The notes beneath the pieces are model-generated. The model was not told the origin of the DNA. It saw nothing but the letters and a program-made list of their open reading frames with translations, and searched no databases. DNA of 63,742 nucleotides, filler included, from Conidiobolus incongruus B7586 (Eukaryota), in the NCBI GenBank assembly GCA_000697335.1. It is 10 parts of 10 records of this genome, joined end to end, with 100 filler letters (N's around TTAATTAATTAA, not from the genome) between each part and the next. Parts side by side here need not be neighbours in the genome. Positions count along the whole stretch, not along the records: positions 1 to 3,562 come from JNEM01006932.1; positions 3,663 to 22,633 come from JNEM01006934.1; 8 more parts are not named here. The stretch is one strand, 5' to 3'. The position numbers and the translations under genes are program-made. Shown here piece by piece: positions 1-13,987 of the stretch. Position 1 is the first letter of the stretch. Each line of letters starts with the position of its first letter.

Positions 1-711
1 AATAATTATAAAATAGCTTTTTATTCTTTTTAAACTATATAACTCTTTTATTAAATTAATTAAGATATATCTTTATTATATTAGATTAAATAACCTTATT
101 TTAGTTAATTTTGGTTTAATTTTAATAATGACATTAAAATTCCCATTTAATTTTAAAATAGGATTTTTTTGTTAAAGATATTATTTTTTAAAAATTAAGG
201 AATATTTATTCTAATATTAAATATATTTATATATTAGTATTAATATTAATTAATATTTTTATTTAATTTTATATTTCTTGTTAAACTTTTATAATAATAT
301 TATCTCTACTTATATTATCTAAACTAAAAATATATTTTTATTTTATTTATCTATAAACTTAATATACTTAAGTTTAAGCTTAGGTATTTTATTAATATTA
401 TTCTTAATAACCTTAGTTATAATATATTCACTAGTATTAGTAATTCTAACAATCTAACTAATTAAAATATATTAATTATAGATTTAATTAATATATTAAT
501 AAGATTTTTTAATAAAATATTTAAGTATTAAAATATTTATTTTTAAATATTTTCTTAATAGCCATATAATATATAAAATTTAATTAAAAAAAAATAAATA
601 TATTATTATTTATATCCCTTTAATTTATAAATCTATAAATTTATAACTTTTGTTAATTAATTTTTAATTTGAGATATATTTACCAATAATTAATAAATTA
701 TATTCAAATAA
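1..711 (-). mobile_element. Tc1 (DD34E family) DNA transposon, heavily decayed partial copy (5' part), interrupted at 712-713 by another copy
   Basis: Aligns by eye to the better-preserved copies at 58073-59086 and 61003-62452 (e.g. taaccttattttagttaattttggtt). Decayed inner repeat near 625-655. 655-711 matches the 5' IR spacer of the copy at 1662-3210. Confidence 0.8.
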
Positions 712-713
712 TA

Positions 714-3562
714 CACTAACTTGCAAAAATGAGTAATAAAATCAAAAACACTTATATTTTTACTAATAACTTGATTAATATTTAATAAAATAAACCTAAA
801 TCAAATAATTAGAATCTAATATAATTATTAATTATATATGTTATTAAATGATGATATTTAGCTATTAATTTGTTAAAATATAAACCTTATAATTTTAACT
901 AGGATAAGTTATAAATTTGTATTTTTGGTGATAAAAAAAATTAAAACCTAATATATCTAACTTTAGCTTTTTTAACTTCTTTAAGTTTGTAGGGTATAGA
1001 ATCAACTAACTTCTTATACTAAAAAGGGTTAATCTTGTTCTATGCTTCTTAAATATATTTCTAAAGTTAATCTAAATTTTTTGCTAGGGGGAAAGCTTTA
1101 ATAGCTTATTTTAACTGATCCTTAAGGTATTTAATTAGATTAAGGTTAGGAGATTGAGGAAACTACTTTATAACTATTATCTTACTATTTTTAAGCTATT
1201 TAGTAGCAAAAGCTATAATATAGCAAAAGGCATTATTTTATTAGAAAATAATATTATATTTGTTTTACCTATATTAATCAATAGTTTTTTTTAATTCATT
1301 GTTTAAAATATTTTAATATATTTTAGTATTAATTCCCCTATTAATTTTACAAAGATATCTTATACCTAAAAACAATATATATATCCTTAAACAATAATTA
1401 ACCTATCATTGTACTTTTAGGTAGAATTAATATAATGGTTATAAAGTAGTTTTGTATCTTTTCTAAAGCATTTAACTTTTCTATTAGATTTACTAAAGTA
1501 TATTTTTATTTGATCAAACTAAATAACCTTATTCTAATTAATTTTGGTTCATCATTAGTAATGATATTTAAACTCTTAGCTAACTTTATAATAGGATTTT
1601 TTTAATTAGGGGTGTTTTTTCTTAAGATATAAATGATATCTATGCTAATATAAAGTATATACACTAGCCTACAAAATTAAGTTATAAAATTAAAATTACT
1701 TAAATATTTACTTATATCTTAAACAATTCCTAATTAAATAAATTTAAGTTAAAATATATAATTTACCTATATTAATTGATTATATTACATTAGCTATTGG
1801 TTATTTTATCAAACCTAAAATTTAACTAAGGTGAGTTATAAATTTATAGGTTTATAAGTTAAGGGGGTATAAATAATAAAACTTATATATATCTTCTTTT
1901 TCTTTTGTTATATTATATATATTATAAAATTATTAAGCTAATATTGTAAAAATTAATATTATAATGTTTATATCTTTTTCTAAAAAAGTTCACTTATGTA
2001 TTAATTAACTTTATAATGAAAATAAATCAACTTGTGAGATTACTAGAATTATTAGTGTTAGCTAATCTATTATAGTTAAGGTTATTAAAAACAATATTAA
2101 AGAAACACTTAAATCAAAACTTAAGTATATTAAAATTATAGATAAATATGATGAAAAGTATATTTATAGATTAGTTAATTCAGGTAAATATAATATTGCT
2201 ATAGAATTACAATAAGAATTATAAAACTATACAAGAATATTAGTTAGTGCTAATACTATTATATATACTTTACATTAAAATAGATACTATTTAAGCTTTA
2301 AGAAAAAACACCCCTAATTAAAGAAGTCCCACTATAAAGCTAGGTAGGAGTTTGAATGTCAACACCAAAGTTGAACTAAAATTAATTAGAGTAAGGTTAT
2401 TTAGTTTAATAAAACAAAAATATATCTTAATAATTTTAATAGAAGAGCTAGATGTTTCAAAAAAGATAAAAAACTACTTTATAACTATTATGTTATTATA
2501 ACCCAAAAATACAATAGTGGATTAATTATAGTTTAGGGATATATGTTATCTTTAGGTGTAGGGTATCTTTGTAGGGTTAATAAGGGAATTAATATTGAGA
2601 TATACTAAAGTATTCTAAACAATGAATTGAAAAAAATTATTGAGTGGTATAAATTAAAAAAATCAAATATTATTTTCTAATAAGATAATACACCTTGTTA
2701 TATTATAAATTCTATTATTAAATAGCTTAAAAATAATAAAATAACTATTATGAAATAGCCTCCTCAATCTTTTAATTTTAACCCAATTAAATATCTTTAG
2801 GATTAACTAAAAAAATTAATTAAAGCTTTTTCCCTAGCAAAAAATTTAGATTAACTTTAAAAGTATATTTAAGAAACTTAGAATAATATTAGTTTTAGTT
2901 AATATAAGAAGCTAGTTGACTCTATACCCTATAAACTTAAAGAAGTTAGAAAAGCAAAAGATAGATATACTAGATATTAATTTTTCTATCAATACTAAAA
3001 CCTACAAATTTATAACTCACCTTAAGTATACTTTTAGTATTAATATATTAATTAATAATTTATTAAATTTAACTATATATATTATATTATAAATAAAAAA
3101 TATTTATTAATTAAATAGTTTAATATAAGTTTATTTAAATTAGAATTGATTAAGATATTAATAGAAATGTATATATTTTTGATTTTATGACTTACTTTTG
3201 TAGGCTAGTATATAATAATATTAGTGTTAACTAATATTCCTATATAGTTTTATAGTTCCTGCTATATTTCTACAATAATACTATATTTGCCTATATTAAT
3301 CAACTTATAAATATACTTCTTATCATATTTATTTATAATTTATTAAACTTAAGTTTAAGTTTAAATATTTCTTTATTATTATTCTAAACAGCTTTAACTA
3401 TAGTAGACTAGTTAACATTAGTAATTCTAGCAATATTATAAGCTAATTTACTTTTTTTACAAAGTTGATTGATACATAAAAAGATTTTTTTAGAGAGGGA
3501 TTTAGGTATAATAATACTAATAAAAAAATTTAATATATCTATAAAATATTATATAAAATAAT
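714..3562 (-). mobile_element. Tc1 IR/DR transposon copy (714-1661 plus 3211-3562), split by a nested insertion and truncated by an assembly gap
   Basis: TA then terminal CACTAACTTGCAAAAATGAGTAATAAAATC at 714. Inner repeat near 898-928. The decayed minus-strand transposase continues across the insertion (...taaagtataTA | TAtaataatattagtg...). Confidence 0.9.
1662..3210 (+). mobile_element. Complete Tc1 IR/DR transposon (second subfamily), ~1.55 kb, TA target-site duplication, transposase dead
   Basis: Outer termini CACTAGCCTACAAAA (1662) and TTTTGTAGGCTAGTA (3210), flanked by TA at 1660-61 and 3211-12. Inner repeats AAGGTGAGTTATAAATTT near 1828 and its complement near 3005-3023. Degenerate transposase motifs, e.g. 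K*PPQSFNFNPIK at ~2753-2791 corresponding to WPPQSPDLNPIE. Confidence 0.92.
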
Positions 3563-3662
3563 NNNNNNNNNNNNNNNNNNNNNNNNNNNNNNNNNNNNNN
3601 NNNNNNTTAATTAATTAANNNNNNNNNNNNNNNNNNNNNNNNNNNNNNNNNNNNNNNNNNNN
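3563..3662. other. Assembly gap with TTAATTAATTAA six-frame stop linker (also 22634, 24381, 26553, 56318, 57973, 59087, 60685, 62453)
   Basis: Identical N44-TTAATTAATTAA-N44 blocks. Confidence 0.97.
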
Positions 3663-3775
3663 TTATTTAATTTTTGCACCAATATTATATAATAATAAAT
3701 TAATTTAAAATATCAATATTATAAAATTATAAATTAAATAATAACATAAATTAAGTGAATTAATTTAATTAGATA

Positions 3776-5033
3776 TTATTTTAGATTTGAAGAAATAGGA
3801 ATTTTTTAACTATAATATTAATTTTAAATAATAAAACATATATAAAAAAAATAAAAAAATATATAATCTTCAATTATAAATATATAATGGTTTTAATTTC
3901 ATTAAGAAATTAATTTTTTATAATTTATTGCTCATTTAATATATTCAAATTAAATAATAAATATTATTAGTTTATTATTTTAATATCAATAAAGATTAAT
4001 TATAAATTTTCAGAAACCATTTAAAATATATAAGTAGTTTTTAATCATTAAATAAAATTTAGATTAATAATATACCACTAGATAAATGACTTTAAAGCTA
4101 AAAGTAAAATTATTTAAGACTTATTTAAATCTCAAAAATCAAACTTAATTGTTGCTCTTTTAGCTATCAATTAAGCTAAAATTTATATTAACAAATATTT
4201 TTTATTTTAGTAATAAAATTATCGAGATATTTGAATATTAATCATATAAGTATTGTATATATATATATATAATAACGTTTAAACTAAAATAAATTAATAA
4301 AAATTTATAATAGGTATTTGATAACTTAATTCAAATTCAAAAACTAGAATATCTATCGCTAAGAAATCTTATTGAAATATAGCCAAAAATTAAGGTTTGT
4401 ATAGTCAATCATTAAAATTGATATATTTTAAATCTTTTTATATAATCCATTATTTAAATATAAATCAAAATATTCAATTAAGCTAAATTATTCCTTTTTA
4501 AAAATATTATTAAATCTATATTTAATTTATAAATTAATTATATCTATTAAAATAAACTTTAATATTATTTTTTATCTTTATTTATTTTTTAAAAGAAAAT
4601 AATTAATTGGAAACTTTATATTATATTTTTAAATAATAATATTTTTAATGAATTATTTTAAAATAATTTAAAATATCAGTTATTTGATATGATAATTATA
4701 AAATACTAAATTTTATAATAAAGTTTTTAATTAATATAGTTAGAAAAAATTACCATATTTAGTATATTCCTTAGGTTATAACCTCTAAAACTATAATTGT
4801 TTTTTGTAAATAAAAAATAATTTATAAGAAAGTTATTGAAGAAAAATTCAATTAATTTATAAATTATCAAATTTCAGTCTTTAAAAAAAGATTTGCTTTT
4901 TAAGTATTAGAAGTTTATCAAAAATATACCGAAAAGCTATTGATAATAAATAAAAATATTAATTTAATATTATATATTAATACATTTATTTTTTTAATCA
5001 TACAAAATACTTATTATTTTAATTATAAAATAA
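3776..5033 (+). mobile_element. mariner (DD34D-type) transposon, decayed
   Basis: Degenerate TIRs of the family seen at 22998-24313. Transposase remnant at ~4740-4810 (tagaaaaaattaccatatttagtatattcc...tataattgt) matches WEKLPHPVYSPDYNPxDYNCF. Confidence 0.75.
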
Positions 5034-6156
5034 TAAAATAATAAGCTTGGTCAAATAATAAAATTAATTTCAAATATTAAATAATATATCAATTTAAATT
5101 ATCAAAATACAGAAAATTTTCACTTTAAGAATATATATAAAATAAAAATAAAGGCTGATAATAAATAAAAACTTATTAAAAAACATTTAGTGAAATATTT
5201 TGATTAGTATATATTAAAATATTTTTGTAATATTAGATTAAATATAAATTTTCATTATAACTATTGGTATATTTTAGATTTAAATCAATAGTTTTATCAA
5301 AATATATTTAACAAAATAAAAAATAAACCATATACATAATATTGTATTTTAATTTTTTTTGAATTATTTAATAAATATATTTTTTATATTATAAATTATA
5401 TAAAGCAATTTAGGTAATAAACTGTAAATTTTTGATATCAAATCAAAATTCAAAAATTTAAAATTAATGATGTTTGTAAAATAAATATTTTATTGAGTTT
5501 TATAAATTATTCGAGTTTTATGTAATAATAAAAATATATTGAGGTATAATGATGTTTAATTAATAAATATAAAAAATAGAATTAAAATCTCCTTTAATAA
5601 AATTTTATTATAAATATAATAATTGTTTGATTTTAAATAACTTATTTTGAATTAATTCAAAAGATATTAAATTAAATTAAAATTATAAAATGATATACTT
5701 TTAAGTAAGTTTTTAATAGTAATTATAACAAAAGATTTCATTTGTCAGTTTAACAATATCGTTGTTATTAATAGTTTAATAAAAAGGAATTATACTTAGA
5801 ATCAATAAAATGGTTCTCTAAGTTTAAATAGAGATTATTTATAGCATATTGAGATGGAAAATATTATAAACTCTGCTTCGTATATTTATTATATAATTGG
5901 AGTGAAGAAAATGATAATTGAAACCATTTAACGTTAAGTTTCTAATAAAGTATCCCAAATAACTAAAAATATTAATAGGTTATATGAGGTTAATAATATG
6001 ATTTGAAGGATTATAGATAAATAATCAATTATAGTGGAATTATCAATTTATATTGGTTTAAGTTATTTGACCGAACCTGAGAATATTTTAGAATTTCAGT
6101 TAAAAAATTATAATTAGATATTTGAAATTGTTATAAGTAGACATAGATAAATATCA

Positions 6157-6541
6157 TGTAATTGTAGTAGATAGTAAAGTCAGTATAGTGGAGAGGAAGA
6201 CTTAAATCAGTGATGACGTAATCAATTTAATATATCAGTATGTTTATTTGAGATTCGAATATATTGGTTAATATAGTTATATTAAAAGATAAGTAGATGG
6301 TACCAAAATACAGTATAATATTGATAAGGATAATCTTAATCTTAGGAAATAATCGTGATTAACAAAAATTAAGAAAATAGTAAAAATTGATATGAAAAGG
6401 AGAAGAACCATGTATATTTGTTAAGCCAATGGTATTTATAGAATTAAATTAACCTTTAAAGTATGAGTAACTTGATTCATTAAAAGTTAGTATTTAGAAT
6501 GAGATTTGTATATAAGAAATTTGAGAACTAGTCTTTTAACA
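6157..6541. mobile_element. Solo LTR (385 bp) with 5-bp target-site duplication TATCA
   Basis: TGT...ACA termini. TATCA at 6152-6156 and 6542-6546. Homologous to the reverse complement of 26189-26552 (shared agaggaagactt and gtatataagaa..gagaactagtct.ttaaca). Confidence 0.8.
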
Positions 6542-7123
6542 TATCAAATCTTAATTTAGTTACCAATCAAAAATATACTTTTAATAAATTATTTAATTTG
6601 ATAATAAATTATTTAAATAAATTTATAAATAATTCACCTGAATTATTAACATTAAATTTAATCATTAAAAAATATTACAAAAGAACATATTTTAAATTAT
6701 ATAAAATAAATAAAAATTAAAAATTTATAGGTATGATAACTTAAATAAAAATATTATTTGAAAAAATTTTTTATAAAAGATTAATGTTTTATTTGTAATT
6801 AATTTTTATTATTTAGCAAAGTTGGAGTTTTATCAGTTAACATTTATACCAAATCATTATATATTTTTTTGAGATTCTACTATATAAGTGAAAATAGTGC
6901 TAATGAAATTCAACCTTATAATTAACCATTAATCTTCATTCAAATTTTAAAAAAAATTAACAAAAATAATTCGTTCTATAATATGTTATAATAAAGGTTA
7001 ATAGAAAGCGATAAGTAAAATCATTAAATAAGATATTTAATATCCAATTAAATATTATAATTTACATATCATTATTATTTATTATATATGTTGCGTGTGA
7101 TTGATTATCTATTGTATTCTAGA

Positions 7124-8749
7124 TTATTGATTGAGTTTCAAACTTTGAGATCTTCCTTTTTCCATATCTACATAAGTCGTTAAAATGATGCTTAAAGCAA
7201 CTAATACAAAACCAATCCACAAGCTATCTCTTATCCTACCAGTGATTCCAGTTAGGATCGCTGAGCCAAAAGGTGTAAACCATCCTCCACTGCCACCGCA
7301 AATTTGTCCCAATCCAAAGAACTTTGATTCCATACCCTTAGGGACCGTTTGAGAAAACAGTACAAGGTACAATGTGGTAATAGGACCGTATAGAAGATTA
7401 TAAATACAGCAATAAATAATCACTTCTATAAAAGAATGCAACCCCCATTGCTGTGTGAAATTACCAGCAATTGAATATATGTTTAATAACAGTAATATCA
7501 CCATATTAATTAATAGTAAATTTTGAGTCGATATTTTAGTAATCTTTTTGATATATTGACTCAATTGTAGTCCTATAATTTGCACAATTGGACCAATTGA
7601 AATAATATAAAATATATAGTCACTCTGAACGTTTAAATCAGTAGATGCTATTAACAGTGGAATATTTAATAGACCATTGATACCATCAGAAATAAACATA
7701 TATCCTAGTAATAGAATAAATAATTGTGAGTGATCTTTAGCACACTTAAATGTGTCTTTAATTGTGCAGAAAACATATGGTACGCGCTTTGAGATCGGCA
7801 TAATCGGGGGTCCTCTGCGATCTTTGAGTAAGATTAGCGCAATAATACCGATTATTAACCAAAAGAAACCACATATTCCCATTCCAATCTGTAAGCTTAA
7901 AATAGAACCATTCATGAAATATGATATTGTAGCGCATGCTAAACATATGATTGTCGCACTAATCAGAGAAGCAGTTGTTCCTTTACTCAGCAACTGGTTG
8001 GTGAATTCGTCAATATGTTGATCTTTTGACATCTCGCAATTGATGGTGTCTATTTTTGGTGAAAAACGCGCCATAATCGGTAAATATGCCAAAATATAAG
8101 ATATATACCCTGTAAAACTTAACTCAGAAACAATGACACTAATAGCAGCAAACCAATATAATTGAGGTGAATATGATAAAAAGTAAGAAAAACAAGCAAA
8201 TGAACCAATTATTGTGAAAACTAGTAATGCTAACCGCTTTCCCTCTAAAATTGAATTAGTCAGACATAATCATTATTCAATTTATTTAGTTACTTACTAC
8301 CAAAATCGATCAATGGACTTAATATTAACAATACAATAATTTGAACAAAATTAGACACTGCTGTTACTCCTAACGAAAAAGAAGCAAGATCTATCAAAAT
8401 ACCATTAATATTCAGGTAGCAGCGAGCGTTTCCAATAGTTGGATCGCAAGATGTGACTAGATCAGACTGAATTGCAGCCTGTGAGCTCAGTTGCTGTAAA
8501 ATTACCGCTGCGGCCGAGCCATCCAAAATCCTAAAAGGACCTGACTAAAAATGATTAAGTATCAATAAAAATCGATCACAGTATAATACTTACCGCAGAC
8601 CAACTTAAAATAAAGCCCCATTGTTCTTTAGAAGTTGTTGGTGTAATATCTTCTTTTGTGAAAGCCTTTTGTATACATACTGTTTGATTGATATTAGCCT
8701 CAATTTCACTCAATTCGCTATCACTCTTTTTCACGGTCAATGTATTCAT
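7124..8749 (-). CDS. ATG22: Atg22-like vacuolar amino-acid efflux MFS transporter; exons 8749-8594, 8544-8298, 8244-7124
   Basis: Spliced ORF MNTLTVK...PTTSKEQWGFILSW...DLASFSLGVTAVSNFVQ...LSPLIDFGKGKR...YLAYLP...GYMFISDG...LFSQTVPKGMESKFFGL, which are Atg22-family motifs. Canonical GT-AG introns. Confidence 0.85.
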
Positions 8750-11700
8750 TATCAACCCAAATATAGATTTAAATGTGACTACTATTAACTAACCAGAATA
8801 TTGTACTGATATTAGAGTATTCCGAAGAACAAGTTGTATAATTTAGAAAAATAGAATTTTCTATAATACCCAAGCTTTACTATATATACACTTGGTAATT
8901 TAATTATATAAGACAAAATTCAATTTATCAAGATAATCAGGAGTTGGTAATCTTAACACATTTTCAATTCATTGGTTAATTTTATTTTTGAAAATTGGAT
9001 AATTATTAAGCTAAAAATATTATAATTTGCATTAATGTTTATTAGAGATATGATTAATTGAGAACTTGTTTATCTTAAAGTTAAATCAATTTACCCTTAA
9101 TATAGTCAATATAATATTAAGTTCATATTATGGCTCATATTTTAGCTAAATTATTGTTAGATACGACATTAATAATTATTATAATAATATAAGTCAAAAT
9201 AATTTTTTTTAAAATTATATTTTAAAGGTATTTAATTAAATCTAAATTTATTGAGATTTTTTTTAATTGCATTATTCAAATAATTTTATTAAAAATTAGA
9301 GAGAGAAAAAAAATTAAAATTTCGATTAATACTATTTAATGACTAGAGAATTTTTTAAATATATATATATATATATAACTAAACTCTATTACCTTATCAT
9401 TTTTAATTTCTCAATTATTTTAATAATGAATTTTTTTTTCAAAATATTTTAAAAATTTTATAATTTAATTAAAATTTAAATAATATTCATCATATATAAT
9501 ATTTCAAAATTATAGAATAAAAAATTAATTGATAAATTATAATGATAAATATATAATGTAATTTTATCACCTTTCAAAATTCTGGTAATTTAAATGATAT
9601 AATATTTTTTTATTCAAGATCTACCTATGGAGGGGGGTTAATCTAATGATGTGACAAAGATCCTCAACCTATTTTGATTATTTCTCCAACTTGATCTGAA
9701 TTATTTGGATTAAAATTTCTCCAAATTGCATATGTCAAATAATATTAAATATATAAACGAATAAAATCTTTCTTTATTATTAGAATTAAAAAAAAGGTAA
9801 AGATGAGATTCTAGATTGATTTTTAATTATTTTTAAATTTAATATTTAAATTTGTATAATTTTAGTAAGATAAAATAGAGAGTACTAAAAAAATATTTAT
9901 TTATTGATTTTTTTTGATTGTTGCGGATCTGGAGGTCCGCTCGCCATTCAACTTTAACCGTCCGTCATGTTTCCGAATGTAAAATTACAGGCTATAACAA
10001 TAATTGGAGTTTCAACACATTGGCAAATGACTAACCACGCTATAAAATAATCTCTGGGTACCTATTTGCTCAGGAATCATCTTGATCAGGGCCAAGTCTT
10101 ACACCTTGATATTTTAATAAAACCCTTGAAAGTATCTCGTTAGTCTTCCTTGGCCCGTTTTATCGAATCTACATGATCTTTATTGCAAGTCTACTTTCTA
10201 GAAAACCTGTAATAGAATTGAACTAATGAACATAATTTAGCTTTGGTATTGCATTTGCAATATTATAATCATAAATCATAAATTTAATATATTAATAAAA
10301 TATCTTATTATAATATTTTTTAATTAATATTACATATATTAATTTTTTTTATCTGATAAATATATTTAATTAAATTTATTAATAATTATAAAAAAAATTA
10401 TTTTTTTTGAAAGTTAAAATTTTATTAAAATTTCATAAATATATACTAAAAAAGTTGATTATATTATAAAATTCCGATAATTTGATAAATAAATATAAAT
10501 CAATATTGAGTAATAAATTATAAAGTTTAATTTTTTTAAAATAATTTTCATATGACCTTAAATTTTTAATACGCTATTATCGGATATAATTTTCTTTGAT
10601 AATTATTTAAATTTCTAAATTAAATATTGGTAAATGAATAATAATAATGATAAAAATATTTAATATCAATTTATATTAATTATTATATTACTATTTAATT
10701 CAATATATTACAATTACAAATATAACCGAATATTTTATCATCAATTCACATTTTTTACTATTTTAATGTCATTTCATATATATAGATATAAGATTTATCC
10801 AATTATCATTATTACTTAATATATCAAACTACTGTTTTACTGATATTTCTTTACATTTATTTAAACACACAATATTGTATAATTCTATATAAATGTAGAT
10901 ATATGGGTTTTATTATAAAAAATGTTTGGTGGTCAATACAATCAATAATGATTGGATAGGGGATGATCATTGATATCTTCCTATATGATAATCAATTACT
11001 TAAATCCTTCAACTCAAAGGCCATGATACATCACTTTAACTCGACTAATCATATTAACTCAATACTTGTAATTACCACAATAACCCATCCAAATTTGAAC
11101 TTGATCACATCAATCAATCAATGTTTAATTATATCAATGGATGTTTCTTCAAGATTGATTATGATCATTAAATCTCTATAACTACTATCAAAGTATTCCT
11201 TTTCTAAATATTTAGCAACATTGATAAAAGTGTTGAAATAGGCTTATTCTACTTCTATAAAACTTACAAAAACAATCACAGTCAAGATCAACTGATATTG
11301 TAACTCCCAGAGTCAAGGTATTACATTTATTCGCAGTTTTCACAACAATCGCAGGTTCCACATCGCAAAATACATTAAGATTAATATAAAGGTAGATCAC
11401 ATTGTTAGATTTGTTTAATTGAGCATAAAAGTATGATTTTACATGCATAAATAATTAAAATAAAATCAATGTTTTATTTCAGAACTTAGAAAACAAATTA
11501 ATATTAAAAATTCTATATTAAAAATATTTTATTATTATTATTATTATTACTATAATAGGTATTAATAATTATTAATTTAATAATTTAATAAAATATAAAT
11601 ATTAATTTATATAAATTATAAAATTATAAAAATTAATATTAAAATAATAAATTAGAATAATATTAAAAATATAAAAAGATTAAATTATAGTTAAAAGACT

Positions 11701-13948
11701 ATATCTAGTGTGAATTTTATTAAAATATAATAAAATTAATAAAATTACTATTTATTAATTTATTTTTATTAACCTATTTTAACTTTATAATATAATAATT
11801 AATAAAACTATAAATAAAATTTTAAATTAAAATTAAAATTTATATTTAATAAAATTAAAGAATATAAAGTAATTAATAGATTTAATTAAATTTTATACTA
11901 TTCTATTATTGCTGATTATTTTTGATATTATATTTGAATCAGTTTAAATTTATTTATCAATAGTTGATCATTAACTATTTTTAATATCTTTCAATTTTTT
12001 AATATTGGATTAATATTATGTATATATAATTCAAATTGAAATTAATCTTAATGAAGTATTGGTTATTCTAAAATGATTTAATATATAATCAATATAAGAA
12101 AAATATACTTTAATATTCAACAAATAAATATTAATAACAGATCATGAAATATGCAATAAAATCCATTTTCAGTAAATTTATATTATAATTTCAAATATTA
12201 AAATGTTGTTATATCAGTGTATTAATTATATTTAATTAAAATTAATTATTACATTACTTACAAGTCAAAGTTTCCTTATATCAACTTAATATCAAAATAA
12301 TTATTACTCTAAGTTATGATTAGCTATGGTTCTGATGTTTTATTGATATTATCAAGATGATGGATATATATATTTTTTTATAGTATTTCATTCTTTGATT
12401 TGATCTAATAATTAAAATTCAATATAAATAAAAATTCTTCAAAATTATTGCAAAGACATAATTGATTGAATAATTGATGAGTAGTAACTAATTATATATT
12501 CATAATAAATGCCCATTGTAATTTATAAAACTAATATATTTGGAATATGAATTCTCAAACATTTTTCAACTGTTGAATCAAAATACTTATATTTGAATTA
12601 AAGTTTGAAACATTTTAATACACTAATTTTTTTGAATGATCTATCAAAATATAACTGATACAATATAAATAATGATGAAAATGATATAATTGTAGTTAAT
12701 TATTACTTGGTTTAATAGAAATTTATTTAGAAACATTTGATTGATACAGTTTTAAATAAATTATTTAAACTCCTCGTCCTCCATCGATTTTCTAATTGTC
12801 TTTAATATCCACGATAATTATACTAAGCACAATTAAAAAAGTAATTGCTATAACTCTATGTTGTATAATACTATTCATTAAGTTTAAAGTTTTTAATATA
12901 TTGATAAACATAATTGTATTACTTTATAATTCTGATAAAGTTAATATAAAATAATATAAATTTTATTAGTTATTAACTTTTCTTTTTGAGATTTTAAAAA
13001 AATAATTGCATTTAATTAACTTATTAAAGCATTTAAATATAATTAATTATTTAGCATTAAAAAAATTTGTGTTTTTACTGATTGTTTAGGATTTTAGCAA
13101 AATTAAATATATATATATATATATATAATAATTAAGGTTGAAATTTGTGAAATATGAGATTAATAAAATTATATTCAATATAATATTATTTTTATACTAA
13201 CCCTACTATTAACGAATGGAAATTGTTTAAATTTATTATTATAAAATGAATACATATTTGATAATTAATATTAAATGATATCATTCTTTATTCTCCTGCA
13301 AAAAATCAATACCTAATTCTCAATTATTTTTGCAATATTAAAATACTTTAATATTATTTTAATACCTTAAAATTTAGATATGCAAATTAAATATTAGTAA
13401 AATTAATTCAAATCCTAATAATGTATTTAATTAGAGCCAGTTTTTAGAAATGGTTATACTCGTATAATTTAATGGTTTTTTTGTAATACTTGAATAAATT
13501 TGATAATTATTAATTCGAAATTATAGTGAAAAAAAGGTAAAAAAGATCAACACCGGAAGTTCCTCCGAGTTAACAAATAAACCCAACTAGGAAGACTTTC
13601 GGTATTCTTAAAATTGAAAGAATGATTTGAGATGCAAAATTAATTATATTAATTATATTAATTAATGCTAACTAATAATATATCTTTACATATACTTATA
13701 TTTATATTCATAGTTTTTTAAAAAAAAGATTTTAAAATTATAAATAATATAAATAATGGAAATGATAAAATCTGATAAAATTTTAATATTTAAAAGTTTT
13801 TAAAAGAAAAAAAAATTAATTAATATATAATTCAATTAAAAAAATATTTATAAAATTTTATAATTATACATTTTGATTTATTTAATTTTCTTATATATAA
13901 ATATATTAATTTTATATTTAACAATATTAATCATTTTTTGAAAGAATT

Positions 13949-13952
<4 letters not shown>

Positions 13953-13984
<32 letters not shown>
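13953..13984 (+). repeat. (AG)16 microsatellite
   Basis: Perfect AG dinucleotide run. Confidence 0.95.

Positions 13985-13987
<3 letters not shown>

Noticed and set aside
714..897. Separate MITE family flanking the Tc1 elements
   Set aside because: The same spacer joins the same inner motif in several copies and the TA TSD lies at the outer motif, so these are better read as long IRs of one element.
3607..3618. TTAATTAATTAA repeated nine times between N runs, superficially like regularly spaced repeats
   Set aside because: Artificial six-frame stop linker inserted in scaffold gaps; not biological.
10963..11448. Short ORFs 10963-11181 and 11212-11448; faint 7TM/GPCR-like remnants here and near 5800-6050 and 17100-17500
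   Set aside because: No recognisable intact domain; the resemblance is too weak to support without an HMM search.
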